Shown here: in pieces, positions 1 to 8,552 of the stretch
How positions within the stretch are numbered: position 1 is the first letter of the stretch
How the letters are laid out: each line of letters begins with the position of its first letter
IMG/VR virus record: IMGVR_UViG_3300015341_000001
Location: 1 to 38,164 of that record
Strand: one strand, 5' to 3'
DNA length: 38,164 nt
Source: a virus
Program-made: the position numbers and the translations under genes
The notes under the pieces: model-generated
Told to the model about the DNA's origin: nothing
Databases searched by the model: none
What the model saw: the letters and a program-made list of their open reading frames with translations, nothing else

Positions 1-122
1 GCGTTCGCGTCGACGCGGCGAAGCGACTGGTTGACGGCGGGGTAGTCGCCCCGAAGAGCGTCATCGCGTTTGCGGAACGCGCGGTGAGGTCGGGCAAGTT
101 CCCCACACGTGGTCGGGTGTGA
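1..122 (+). CDS. Redundant copy of the 3' end of the MuF-like gene (same sequence as 38042..38163)
   Basis: It lies inside the terminal repeat. The frame ends ggt cgg gtg tga at 111..122, as at 38152..38163. Confidence 0.8.
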   Translation, partial: VRVDAAKRLVDGGVVAPKSVIAFAERAVRSGKFPTRGRV

Positions 123-123
123 A
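1..123. repeat. Terminal direct repeat, copy 1 (identical to 38042..38164)
   Basis: Base-by-base comparison of the first 123 nt with the last 123 nt shows an exact match (gcgttcgcgtcgacgcggcg...ggtcgggtgtgaa). Confidence 0.95.
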
Positions 124-163
124 ATGCTACGATGTGGCGAACTGACCCCCGAAAGGTTGCCCC

Positions 164-916
164 GTGGCTAGCTACGAGAACGGCAAGATACCCCCCTCGC
201 TGCTTCGGCGCGTGTCGAACTTCCGCCCGCTCTACAGCGACGTCAATTCGAACGTGGGCAGCGACCTCCTTCGCGAGGACGCATGGGCTGCGCTCAACGT
301 GTTGCAGGCCGAGTTCTACAAGCGCTTCGAGCGCTCGCTCAACGTGTCCGAGGCGTACCGCGGTCTCAACCGGCAGACGGCTGTGTGGCAGAAGTACATC
401 AACGGCGATGGGCCCATGGCTGCGCGTCCCCGTACCTCGAACCACGGCTGGGCGGTCGCCGTCGACTTCGGCTCTGACGTCAACACCTATGGTTCCGCCA
501 CGAAATACTGGATGGACCGCAACGCGCCCCGGTGGGGATGGCACCCCGTCGGCAACAGCTTCGGCAAGCCCGAGGCCTGGCACTTCGAGTTCAAGCCCAA
601 CACCGCAACCGAGACGATCCCCGCGTCATCCGGCGCAACCCCGTTCCCCGAGAAGGAAGAAGACGAAGACGTGGCAACCATACAGGCCGTCTACCTCGAC
701 AAGGCCGGCAGCGAAAGCTCTCCCATCTACGCATCGACCGGCGTCTTCACGTCGTGGGCCGGGTTCGAGGTGACCAGCGTCGGCCGTGCCGACCGCGGCT
801 TCCTCGCCGCTCGCCTGAACGGTGCCGCCATGCTCGGCAAGGTCGAGCGCCTCGGCGACCTTCACGTCGACGCCGCCGGCTGGGAGTTCATCAACTCCAA
901 CCAGCGCGCCAAGTAG
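164..916 (+). CDS. Peptidase M15 (VanY / D-Ala-D-Ala carboxypeptidase-like) cell-wall hydrolase, putative endolysin, with an uncharacterised C-terminal ~90 aa
   Basis: GTG start 8 nt after GAAAGG. Motifs SEAYRGLNRQ, SNHGWAVAVD (SxHxxGxAxD) and EAWHFEF match the H-D-H zinc-ligand signature of the M15B/VanY family. Confidence 0.85.
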   Translation: MASYENGKIPPSLLRRVSNFRPLYSDVNSNVGSDLLREDAWAALNVLQAEFYKRFERSLNVSEAYRGLNRQTAVWQKYINGDGPMAARPRTSNHGWAVAVDFGSDVNTYGSATKYWMDRNAPRWGWHPVGNSFGKPEAWHFEFKPNTATETIPASSGATPFPEKEEDEDVATIQAVYLDKAGSESSPIYASTGVFTSWAGFEVTSVGRADRGFLAARLNGAAMLGKVERLGDLHVDAAGWEFINSNQRAK

Positions 917-947
917 CACCCGACCCCCGAAAACGTAAGGACACAGC

Positions 948-1655
948 ATGCCCACGCTCGACAACATTCACAAGATCGACCGCCCCTTCTGGGCTCGCCC
1001 CGGCTTCGTGTCGTTCGCCCCGAAGGACGACGACCTCGGCGGCGGCAAGGGTGACGAGGACGACGACCCGGACGACGAGGACGACGACGAGCCGGATGAC
1101 CTCGCCGACCTGTCCGACGACGAGCTGCGCGACGAGCTGCGGAAGACGCGCGAGTCGCTGTCGAAGGCGTCGGGGTCGTCGAAGTCCAAGCGGGACCGCA
1201 TCAAGGCTCTTCGCGCCGAGCTCGCCGACGCGAAGAAGCCGAAGCCCGCAAAGAAGGACAGCGACGAGGACGACGACAAGCCTGACCTCGACTCGGTGCG
1301 CGCCGCCGCGAAGGCCGAGGCTCGCGCCGAAGCCGACGCCCGCATCGTCAAGGCCGAGGCTCGAGGCGCCCTCGCTTCGGCTGGTGTCGCCAAGGAGCGC
1401 GTTGCCCGCGCCGTGGGGCTGCTCGACCTCAAGAGCATCGACGTCGACGACGAGGGCGAGATCGACGGCCTCGACGACGCGATCGACGCTCTCAAGAAGG
1501 ACTGGCCCGAGCTGTTCCCCGCCGAGCGCAAGCGCCGCGCCTCGATCGCCGGCGACGACGACCGCGACGGCACCGCCGGTCGCCGTGGCAAGGGCAAGCC
1601 CTCCACCGACGAGCTGCAGGCCGCTGCGCTGCTCGGGCGTTCCGTTCGGCGGTAG
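948..1655 (+). CDS. Capsid scaffolding protein
   Basis: Lies immediately upstream of the major capsid gene. Very acidic N-terminal part (GDEDDDPDDEDDDEPDD) and a K/A/E-rich helical remainder. SD-like AAGGA upstream. Confidence 0.7.
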   Translation: MPTLDNIHKIDRPFWARPGFVSFAPKDDDLGGGKGDEDDDPDDEDDDEPDDLADLSDDELRDELRKTRESLSKASGSSKSKRDRIKALRAELADAKKPKPAKKDSDEDDDKPDLDSVRAAAKAEARAEADARIVKAEARGALASAGVAKERVARAVGLLDLKSIDVDDEGEIDGLDDAIDALKKDWPELFPAERKRRASIAGDDDRDGTAGRRGKGKPSTDELQAAALLGRSVRR

Positions 1656-1792
1656 AAGCAACACACGGCGACCAACATCCTGTATAGTCGCTCGCAAGGC
1701 CCCTCCGGCCCACACTCGCAACGAGTACGGTTCACGCATCGCGTGAGCGGCACAGCATCGTTGCCCGTCGTGGCAAGAGAGGGGCCTTTCAC

Positions 1793-2749
1793 ATGGCTCG
1801 CAACAACCTGGACGGGACCGGCTGGCTCGTCGAGCAGCGCGACTCCAACCTCGCGAAGGCGTTCCGCGCGACCTCCGTCGTCGACTCCGAGTTCCGCCCG
1901 ATCAACATGACGGCCAACACCGTCGAGATCCCGCGCATCGAGGACATGGACGTCGAATTCATCGCCAAGGGCGCCGCCTACCCCGAGGACCAGTCCTCCG
2001 CCGACACGGTGAAGATCAGCGCCGCCAAAATCGGTGGCGCGCTGCGCATCGCCGAGGAGGACGTCGAGGACGACAAGCTCGCCGACTACGTGGGCGAGAA
2101 GAAGGCTTCGGCCGGCTCCTCGTTCGCGAAGAAGGTCGACAATGCCGGCCTCGGTGTGACCGCTGCGCAGTCGGGTGTCACCGTTCCGTTCACGTCGCTG
2201 TACCGCACGCTCACCACGGCGGACGCGTCGACCGGCTACGCCGCCAACCAGAACTACCTCGGCGGCACCGCGTTCAACGTCGACATCTTCTCGCAGATGC
2301 TCGCCACCCTCGAGGCCGGCGACTACTTCGACGACGGCACCCTCGTTGCCATCGCCCACCCGTCGTTCCGTCGCGTGCTGCGCGACGCGAAGGACACCAC
2401 GGGTCGCCCGCTGTTCTACAGCGACCTCACCGCCAGCGGCACCGTCGACCGCATCCTCAACGTGCCCATCCGCTACACCACGGGCGCGAAGACGTCGGCT
2501 GCCCCGCAGACGAAGGTCACCGGCACCGGTGGCGCGAAGGGCGTCGCGGGCAACCCGCTGTTCGCTCTCGTGCAGAAGCCGCTCGCCGTCGTGGGTCGCC
2601 GCAAGTCGCTCGAGTCCGTCGTGATCCCCGGACGTGACGGCCTCTCGGCCCTCACCGACGAGGACATCCTGAAGGTGCGCGCCCGCATCGCGGTCGGTTA
2701 CACCGTCCCCGAGGCGCACGCCATCTTCGAGCTCACGAAGAGCGCCTGA
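1793..2749 (+). CDS. Major capsid protein (HK97-fold type)
   Basis: 318 aa, placed after the scaffold. Sequence character is typical of HK97-like capsid proteins (MARNNLDGTGWLVEQ..., ...ARIAVGYTVPEAHAIFEL). SD GAGAGGGG upstream. Confidence 0.85.
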   Translation: MARNNLDGTGWLVEQRDSNLAKAFRATSVVDSEFRPINMTANTVEIPRIEDMDVEFIAKGAAYPEDQSSADTVKISAAKIGGALRIAEEDVEDDKLADYVGEKKASAGSSFAKKVDNAGLGVTAAQSGVTVPFTSLYRTLTTADASTGYAANQNYLGGTAFNVDIFSQMLATLEAGDYFDDGTLVAIAHPSFRRVLRDAKDTTGRPLFYSDLTASGTVDRILNVPIRYTTGAKTSAAPQTKVTGTGGAKGVAGNPLFALVQKPLAVVGRRKSLESVVIPGRDGLSALTDEDILKVRARIAVGYTVPEAHAIFELTKSA

Positions 2750-2751
2750 CC

Positions 2752-3114
2752 ATGACGGCCGCAGAGCTGACGCCGAACGAGATCGTCGCGCAGAAGTCGG
2801 CCGACGTGGACAAGGCGTCGTCCAGCGAGCACGTGAAGGTGTTCGTCGTCTACTCGCCCGGTGCCGAGCCGAGCGAGAAGAACGGCTACGCGCACGAGGC
2901 GAACAAGGCCGCGACGCGTCAGTACATGATCTCGCAGGGCCTCCGCCCCACGGGTGACGTGCGACTCGTTTCGATCAAGGAACACCCGAAGGGCAAGGGC
3001 AACGTCTGGGACGTCACCTACGCCGTCGCGGCTGTTCCCGCGGAAGACTACGAGGGTGAGCCGGTCAAGGTCATCGAGAGCGGCGAAACCGCTCACGCGA
3101 CCAAGGCCAAGTAG
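2752..3114 (+). CDS. Hypothetical protein co-transcribed with the capsid gene (possible head accessory or decoration protein)
   Basis: ATG lies 2 nt after the capsid stop. Third codon positions are G/C-rich. A strong hairpin follows at 3133..3164. The function is inferred from position only. Confidence 0.6.
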   Translation: MTAAELTPNEIVAQKSADVDKASSSEHVKVFVVYSPGAEPSEKNGYAHEANKAATRQYMISQGLRPTGDVRLVSIKEHPKGKGNVWDVTYAVAAVPAEDYEGEPVKVIESGETAHATKAK

Positions 3115-3132
3115 CACCACTCGTTCCACACT

Positions 3133-3164
3133 GGGGCGGCGATTCTTCGGGGGGTCGCCGCCCC
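3133..3164 (+). terminator. Intrinsic terminator or attenuator after the capsid operon
   Basis: 10-bp G/C stem ggggcggcga / tcgccgcccc with a 12-nt loop, followed by tctctt. Confidence 0.6.
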
Positions 3165-3185
3165 TCTCTTACGAAAGGCACGCGC

Positions 3186-3635
3186 ATGGCAGTCGCAGAA
3201 GCGGACCAGTGGGCGACCATCACCGACGTTTCCGAGCTCACGCGCGTGAACGTCGACCCGACCACGCGCCGGCAGGCCGTCGCCAGCATCGAGGCGCTCG
3301 TCGGGCTCATCGAAGAGGTGCCGCGGCCGGATGTCAGCGACCGTGACCGGTACTGGCTGAAACTCGCCGTCTGCTACCAGGCCGCGTGGATCGACGCGCA
3401 GCCCGACTACCTCGAACGGAACGCCGTATCGAGCGCGTCGCAGTCGGGACAGTCCGCCACCGGCGGAAACGCCGACTGGCTGCTGCTCGCGCCAGCTGCG
3501 CGGAAGTGCATCAAGCGCTTGTCGTGGCGGGGTGTTCGCCCGCTCGCGATTGACAACCGCAGCACGGGAACGCGCAGCCGCGTCGATGTGACCAGCGAAG
3601 AGTACGACGACTCGCTTCCGTGGAGGCCGCTGTGA
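3186..3635 (+). CDS. Head-tail connector (adaptor) protein
   Basis: Position between the capsid and neck genes, 149 aa, SD GAAAGG. No specific motif recognised. Confidence 0.55.
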   Translation: MAVAEADQWATITDVSELTRVNVDPTTRRQAVASIEALVGLIEEVPRPDVSDRDRYWLKLAVCYQAAWIDAQPDYLERNAVSSASQSGQSATGGNADWLLLAPAARKCIKRLSWRGVRPLAIDNRSTGTRSRVDVTSEEYDDSLPWRPL

Positions 3636-3985
3636 CGTTCCTCGCGACCGAACGCGTCGACGTGCAGCGCGGCACCACCGTCAACGGCCTCGGCGACGAG
3701 GTGGACAACCCGACGCCGGTGCCGGGCATGCAAGGCATTTCGGTGTCGATCATCGAGAAGAGTCGCCGCATCTTCGGGCAGGACTCGAGCGAGGACCGCA
3801 CCGTACGCTACGCCGACGGACTCGCGCGACCCGGCCTTGACTTCCGCGAAGGCGACCGGCTCATCTCGAAGCGCACCGGGCGAACCTGGTACGTCAACGA
3901 AGTCACCGGCGGAACTCGCACGATCGCGGGCTTCGCTGATCTAGTATTGGACCTACGGACCGGCAACAACCCCGTCAAGGGGTAA
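3632..3985 (+). CDS. Head closure / head-tail joining protein
   Basis: GTG at 3632 overlaps the upstream TGA (GTGA) and sits 5 nt after GGAGG. The ORF track offers 3620 as an alternative start. Called from size and position in the neck module. Confidence 0.55.
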   Translation: MTFLATERVDVQRGTTVNGLGDEVDNPTPVPGMQGISVSIIEKSRRIFGQDSSEDRTVRYADGLARPGLDFREGDRLISKRTGRTWYVNEVTGGTRTIAGFADLVLDLRTGNNPVKG

Positions 3986-4023
3986 CGGTTTCACCACCTC
4001 AACCCGTCAAGGGAGGGCGCATC

Positions 4024-4317
4024 ATGGCTGTACGCATCGTCATCAGCGGTGGCGCCGTACCCGGCCTCGAGTCCGCCCTGTCCGAGAAGATGGAAATTAT
4101 CGTCGCCCGCGTGGTGCGGAACGCTCAGCGTATCGTGCCCGTCGACACGCACAACCTGCAGGACCACATCGAAGGCGACGTCGGCCTCGAGTCCGGCAAG
4201 GTCGTTGGTCGCGTCGGAACCGACGTCGAGTACGGCATCTACGTCGAGCAGGGCACGTCGCGCATGGCGGCGCAGCCGTGGCTTCGCCCAGCGGCGCTGC
4301 AGGCGGGGGCTCTCTGA
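4024..4317 (+). CDS. HK97 gp10-like neck / tail-completion protein
   Basis: Motifs PVDTHNLQDHI and YGIYVEQGTSRMAAQPWLRPA are typical of the HK97 gp10 family. SD GGGAGGG upstream. Confidence 0.8.
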   Translation: MAVRIVISGGAVPGLESALSEKMEIIVARVVRNAQRIVPVDTHNLQDHIEGDVGLESGKVVGRVGTDVEYGIYVEQGTSRMAAQPWLRPAALQAGAL

Positions 4318-4754
4318 TGGTTGACCTCTACCTCGCAGACGACGAAAAGGTCGCCGTCGCCTGGACGAAGCGCCTCGCGGGCATTGACCCGTCGCAAGTC
4401 GCCACGAACCTCCCGGCGCAGTCGCCCGGCTTCGTGCAGATTCGCTCACTCGTGTCGCGCACGGCCGACCGCGACATCAACGCCAAGCGCAACGGCTTCG
4501 TCACCTACGACCTCTGGGCCGTGTCTACCTCGTCGAAGCCGCAGTGGGGCGCAGCGTCGCAGCTCGCAGCGCTCTGCCGCGCCGGGATGGGCGAAGACCA
4601 GCCGTTCGGTCAAGACCTCGACCTCGGAGCCGCGTACCGGCCCGTGAGGGTGCAAGCGGTCTACGCCGAAACCGAGCCCCGCCGAGTCGACGGCGACCCC
4701 GCCGGCTACGCGCGCTACACGTTCGACGCCTTCGTGGATTGGATTCAAGGATGA
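4317..4754 (+). CDS. Tail terminator-like protein
   Basis: ATG at 4317 overlaps the upstream TGA (ATGA). Lies just before the major tail gene. Function is inferred from position only. Confidence 0.5.
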   Translation: MVDLYLADDEKVAVAWTKRLAGIDPSQVATNLPAQSPGFVQIRSLVSRTADRDINAKRNGFVTYDLWAVSTSSKPQWGAASQLAALCRAGMGEDQPFGQDLDLGAAYRPVRVQAVYAETEPRRVDGDPAGYARYTFDAFVDWIQG

Positions 4755-4969
4755 GCGTCGACGAGGCCATTTCCGGCCACATCATCACCGAACGGAAGGG
4801 ATCGACCATGACTGCCAGCGTGCACACGGTCAAGACCACCATCGCGCCGGACGAGGAAACCAAGCTCGCAAGCGACGCGGAGTACCACGACCTCGAGGCG
4901 TGGGGCCTCATCAAGGAGTACGTCTCCGGCCCCGCCAAGAAGTCGACCGACACCGAGAAGAAGGGCTGA
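4751..4969 (+). CDS. Small hypothetical protein
   Basis: ATGA overlap with the upstream gene. An alternative start is ATG 4808, 7 nt after GAAGGGA. Third codon positions look coding-like. Confidence 0.5.
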   Translation: MSVDEAISGHIITERKGSTMTASVHTVKTTIAPDEETKLASDAEYHDLEAWGLIKEYVSGPAKKSTDTEKKG

Positions 4970-4972
4970 CCC

Positions 4973-5521
4973 ATGGGCGTCACCGTCACCAACCTCCTGC
5001 AGGGCCCCGCGACCCTCTACCACGCTCCGTTCGGTTCGCCCGAGCCCGCCACCGCCAACACGGCGTTCTCGACGGCCTGGACGGACCTCGGCGGCACCAG
5101 CGACGGCGCGAAGTCGACCGTCGAGCTCGAGTACACCAAGAAGATGGTCGACCAGATCGTCGACGCGGCCGGTGCCACGCTGACCAGCCGCAACGCGAAG
5201 ATCGGTACGACCCTCGCCGAGGCGACGCTCGAGAACTGGGCACGCTCCCTCAACGAGCTGACCACCTCGTCGATCACCGACGGCAAGTTCACGCCGTCGA
5301 ACGGCGTCCCCGGCGAACCGAACTACTCGGCCGTCGCGCTCAAGGGTCTTGGCCCGTCGGGCAAGCCGCGCATCGTCATCGTGCGGCGCGGCGTGCAGGT
5401 CGCCAACGTCGAGAGCGAGCACAAGAAAGACGGGATGCAGCTGCTCCCCGTTGAGTGGGAAGCGTACTTCGTCTCCGACTCGATCGCTCCGTTCGTCGTC
5501 ATCGACAAGCAGACCCCGTAA
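4973..5521 (+). CDS. Major tail protein
   Basis: 182 aa, immediately upstream of the chaperone/tape-measure genes and followed by a hairpin. T/S/G-rich beta-type sequence. Confidence 0.75.
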   Translation: MGVTVTNLLQGPATLYHAPFGSPEPATANTAFSTAWTDLGGTSDGAKSTVELEYTKKMVDQIVDAAGATLTSRNAKIGTTLAEATLENWARSLNELTTSSITDGKFTPSNGVPGEPNYSAVALKGLGPSGKPRIVIVRRGVQVANVESEHKKDGMQLLPVEWEAYFVSDSIAPFVVIDKQTP

Positions 5522-5527
5522 CACCCT

Positions 5528-5554
5528 GCGGGGCGGTCGACCTGGCCGCCCCGC
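5528..5554 (+). terminator. Hairpin (attenuator or partial terminator) after the major tail gene
   Basis: 9-bp stem gcggggcgg / ccgccccgc with a 9-nt loop. No clear U-tract follows. Confidence 0.45.
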
Positions 5555-5582
5555 TCCATCACCCCCGAAGGGAATCAACATC

Positions 5583-5939
5583 ATGGCTCGCACCAGCGAC
5601 AAGCCCGCCGAACGCTTCTTGCCCGTCAAGATCGACACGGCTGCCTCCAAGAAGAAGCTCGACGAGGCAGAGCGCGTCGGCATCTTCGAGATCGACGGCA
5701 CCGTCTACGACATGTCCACCGCACAGCGCGCCGAGCTCGGCCTCGAGTACCTGCGACTCGTGAGCGAGCGCGGCGACGACGCGGCGGCCTACTACCTCAT
5801 CAGCGAAGCGCTCGGCCGCGAGGCGTACGCCGCCCTCGCCGCCGTCGAAGGGCTTGAGGCGAAGACGTTCGACGGGATCGTCGCCCGCATCCAGAAGGTC
5901 ACGATGCCCGAGGGCAAGGCGCCCAAGGGAAAAGGCTAA
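5583..5939 (+). CDS. Tail assembly chaperone (G-like)
   Basis: Lies directly upstream of the tape measure and ends 4 nt after a GGGAAAA slippery site. SD AAGGGAA upstream. Confidence 0.8.
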   Translation: MARTSDKPAERFLPVKIDTAASKKKLDEAERVGIFEIDGTVYDMSTAQRAELGLEYLRLVSERGDDAAAYYLISEALGREAYAALAAVEGLEAKTFDGIVARIQKVTMPEGKAPKGKG

Positions 5940-6244
5940 GGCGGATTCAGCTATGGGCATGGGCACTCGAGAACCTCGAGGACATCGAGAGCGACTTCTC
6001 GGTCTTCCATCGGGTGCCCGACCCAGAACTGCTCCCCGCCGACCGGTTCATTTCGCTCGCACAGCGCCTCCCGGCGTATAAGGGGATCGTCCGCATGAGA
6101 ATCGAGATCGAGGCCAACGAGCCCAGCTCGTCGCCCAGCCACAACTACAACGCAGGGCGCGAGTCCGTGCGCGAGGTCAAGGCGACCAGCGCGCAGCTCG
6201 CGACCGACCCGGGCCTCGGCGGCTTCTTCGAGGTGGTCGTCTAA
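5583..6244 (+). CDS. Tail assembly chaperone G-T fusion made by -1 programmed frameshift at 5927..5933
   Basis: After a -1 slip on G GGA AAA the -1 frame stays open from 5933 to the TAA at 6242..6244. It reads RLRRIQLWAWALENLEDIESDFSVFHRVPDPELL... and ends overlapping the tape-measure ATG. Confidence 0.75.
5927..5933 (+). promoter_or_regulatory. -1 ribosomal frameshift slippery heptamer G GGA AAA
   Basis: A canonical X XXY YYZ heptamer in the zero frame of the G-like gene (codons aag gga aaa ggc taa). Confidence 0.75.
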
Positions 6245-8541
6245 TGGCCGTCAAGCTGCTGGACATGTACGTCGACATCGAGGCCGACGGGAAGAAGGCC
6301 GCGAACAAAGCGGCGTCTGACATCGAAAGCAGCGGCGCGGGCGAGCGCGCCGGCAGCGGCTTCGGAAAGCGCCTCGCCGGTGGGCTGGTCGCCGCTGTCG
6401 CCGCTGTCGGCATCGGCCAGTTCCTCGGTTCCGCGATCATGGCGGGCTCCGACCTCAACGAAACGATCTCGAAGTCGCGCGCCATCTTCGGCGAGCAAGC
6501 CGCCGGGATGGAGTCGTGGGCGTCGACCGCTGCCACGTCGATGGGGCTGTCGAAGTCGGCAGCCCTCGCGGCGTCTGCGGGCTTTGGTGACATGTTCACG
6601 CAGATTGGCTTCACCGGCGACGCCGCGGCTTCGATGTCGCAGTCGGTCGTGCAGGCCGCGGCTGACCTCGGCTCGTTCTCGAACCTCGAAACGGCCGACG
6701 TCGCCGACCGCATCTCGGCAGCGTTCCGCGGCGAGTACGACTCGCTGCAGGCCGTCATCCCCAACATCAACGCCGCCCGCGTCGAGTCCGAGGCGATGGC
6801 GGCAACGGGCAAGACTACGGCCTCCGCCCTCACGGCACAGGAAAAGGCGACCGCGGTCCTCGCGATCGTCAACCAGGACGGCTCGCGCGCGATGGGCGAC
6901 TTCGGTCGCACGTCCGAGGGCTTCGCGAACCAGATGAAGATCGCCAGCGCGCAGACCGAAGACCTCAAGGGCAAGATCGGCTCCGCGCTGCAGCCCGCCC
7001 TGCAGACCGCCGCGGGCGTACTGACCGGAACGCTGCTCCCCGCCGTGACCGGTTTCGTCGACAAGGCCGCCCCGGTCATCGAGACGTTCTTCGGGTCGAC
7101 CCTTCCCGGGCTCGCCGGGACCATCGGCCCCGCGCTCGCCCCCATCGGTGCCGCTATCGGCACCGTCGCCTCGAGCTTCGGCGCAGGCTTCGCACCGTTC
7201 CTCGAGCCGCTCATGAGCATCGGCGCGCAGCTGCTCCCCGTCTTCGCGAGCCTTATGACGGCCGTGTCGCCCTTCGGCATCCTCCTGCAGGCGCTCGCTC
7301 CTATTGCAGGCACCGTTGGCAGCGTTCTCGGCTCTGTCGCAACCACCATCGGCACAGCGCTGCTGACGAACCTGGCGACGCTGCAGCCGTTCATTGCGAC
7401 TCTCTCGGCCACGCTGTCGACCGGGCTCGCGACGATTCTGCCTGTCATCCTCGGGCTGCTGCCGCCTCTGGCCATGCTTTTTGGTAGCCTAGCCGGCGTC
7501 GTGTCCCAGGTGCTCGCTGCCGTGATGCCGCTCGTGTCGAACATCATCGCGATGCTCGTGCCCGCTCTTGCGTCGATCATCGCCGCCGTGCTGCCCGTCG
7601 TGTCGAGCCTGGTGTCGCTCATCTCGACCGCCATCGTGCCGATCGTAACCGCTTTGCTCGGCATCCTGATCCCTGCAATTCAGGCCTTGATGCCCGTCGT
7701 GACGACCATCTTCGGCATCATCGTGTCGGTCATCCAGTCCGCGATGCAGATCATCCAAGGCATCATTCAGGTTGTCACCGGCATCATTACGGGCAACTGG
7801 TCGATGGTGTGGTCCGGTATCCAAAGTATCATTCAAGGAAACTTCAACCTGATTGTCAACATCGTCACCGGCGCCATCAACCTCGTGAAGTCGGTCATCA
7901 CGGCCGGAATCAACCTCGTAAAGGCTCAGTGGTCCGGCGCGTGGTCTGCAATCGGCAGCGTCGTCTCCTCGGTCGCCGGCTCAATCGGCGGAGCCGTCAG
8001 CAACCTGGTTTCGAGCGTTCGCGACGGCGTGAGCAACGTCGTGTCATTCTTCACCGGCCTGCCCGGCACCATCACCTCGGCCGTCTCCGGCTTCGGCGAC
8101 ATGCTCTACAACTCCGGCGCCTCGATCATGCAAGGCCTGGTCGACGGGATCAAGAGCGCAGTCGGAAAAGTCACGGGAGCCGTCGGCGACGTCATGTCGG
8201 CCGCGCGCGACCTTCTGCCCTTCTCTCCCGCGAAGGTCGGGCCCTTCTCGGGCAAGGGCTGGTCGCTTTACTCCGGCATGTCGATCGGTAGCGCTCTCGC
8301 CGACGGTATGCGTAGCCGCGTCACCGTCGTCCGCAACGCGGCTACGGATATGATCAGCGCCGCATCGGTGGGCGGGTCGCTGGCGACCGGGCAAGGTGGT
8401 GCGACGCCCCTGGCGTTCGCCGGCACGGGCGGTGGCAACGTCACAAACAACTACACGGTGCACGTGCCCGTCACGGCTGCCGACAACCCGACGCTTTACG
8501 GCAACCGCACCGCGCGCGCTATCGTTGACGGATTGATCTAG
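6244..8541 (+). CDS. Tape measure protein
   Basis: 765 aa, the longest structural gene, following G/G-T. It has a long hydrophobic A/G/L/V/I-rich repetitive core. Its ATG overlaps the upstream TAA. Confidence 0.9.
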   Translation: MAVKLLDMYVDIEADGKKAANKAASDIESSGAGERAGSGFGKRLAGGLVAAVAAVGIGQFLGSAIMAGSDLNETISKSRAIFGEQAAGMESWASTAATSMGLSKSAALAASAGFGDMFTQIGFTGDAAASMSQSVVQAAADLGSFSNLETADVADRISAAFRGEYDSLQAVIPNINAARVESEAMAATGKTTASALTAQEKATAVLAIVNQDGSRAMGDFGRTSEGFANQMKIASAQTEDLKGKIGSALQPALQTAAGVLTGTLLPAVTGFVDKAAPVIETFFGSTLPGLAGTIGPALAPIGAAIGTVASSFGAGFAPFLEPLMSIGAQLLPVFASLMTAVSPFGILLQALAPIAGTVGSVLGSVATTIGTALLTNLATLQPFIATLSATLSTGLATILPVILGLLPPLAMLFGSLAGVVSQVLAAVMPLVSNIIAMLVPALASIIAAVLPVVSSLVSLISTAIVPIVTALLGILIPAIQALMPVVTTIFGIIVSVIQSAMQIIQGIIQVVTGIITGNWSMVWSGIQSIIQGNFNLIVNIVTGAINLVKSVITAGINLVKAQWSGAWSAIGSVVSSVAGSIGGAVSNLVSSVRDGVSNVVSFFTGLPGTITSAVSGFGDMLYNSGASIMQGLVDGIKSAVGKVTGAVGDVMSAARDLLPFSPAKVGPFSGKGWSLYSGMSIGSALADGMRSRVTVVRNAATDMISAASVGGSLATGQGGATPLAFAGTGGGNVTNNYTVHVPVTAADNPTLYGNRTARAIVDGLI

Positions 8542-8552
8542 AGAGGCCGACC

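Noticed and set aside
1656-1792. The 137-nt scaffold-capsid intergenic region with small palindromes (cacgcatcgcgtg, ttgcc..ggcaa).
   Set aside because: The stems are only 5 bp and there is no repeat or conserved motif. It is probably an ordinary spacer or RNA-processing region, and the evidence is too weak for a call.
968-2719. Long antisense or alternative-frame ORFs. Examples: 968..2719(-), 6177..7664(-), 18018..19457(+), 20124..22184(+), 25113..25895(-), 32862..34376(-) and 35346..37202(-).
   Set aside because: They overlap genes with clear family motifs on the other strand or frame. Their translations are Arg/Pro/Gly/Ala-rich, the usual artefact of high-G+C DNA lacking stop codons.
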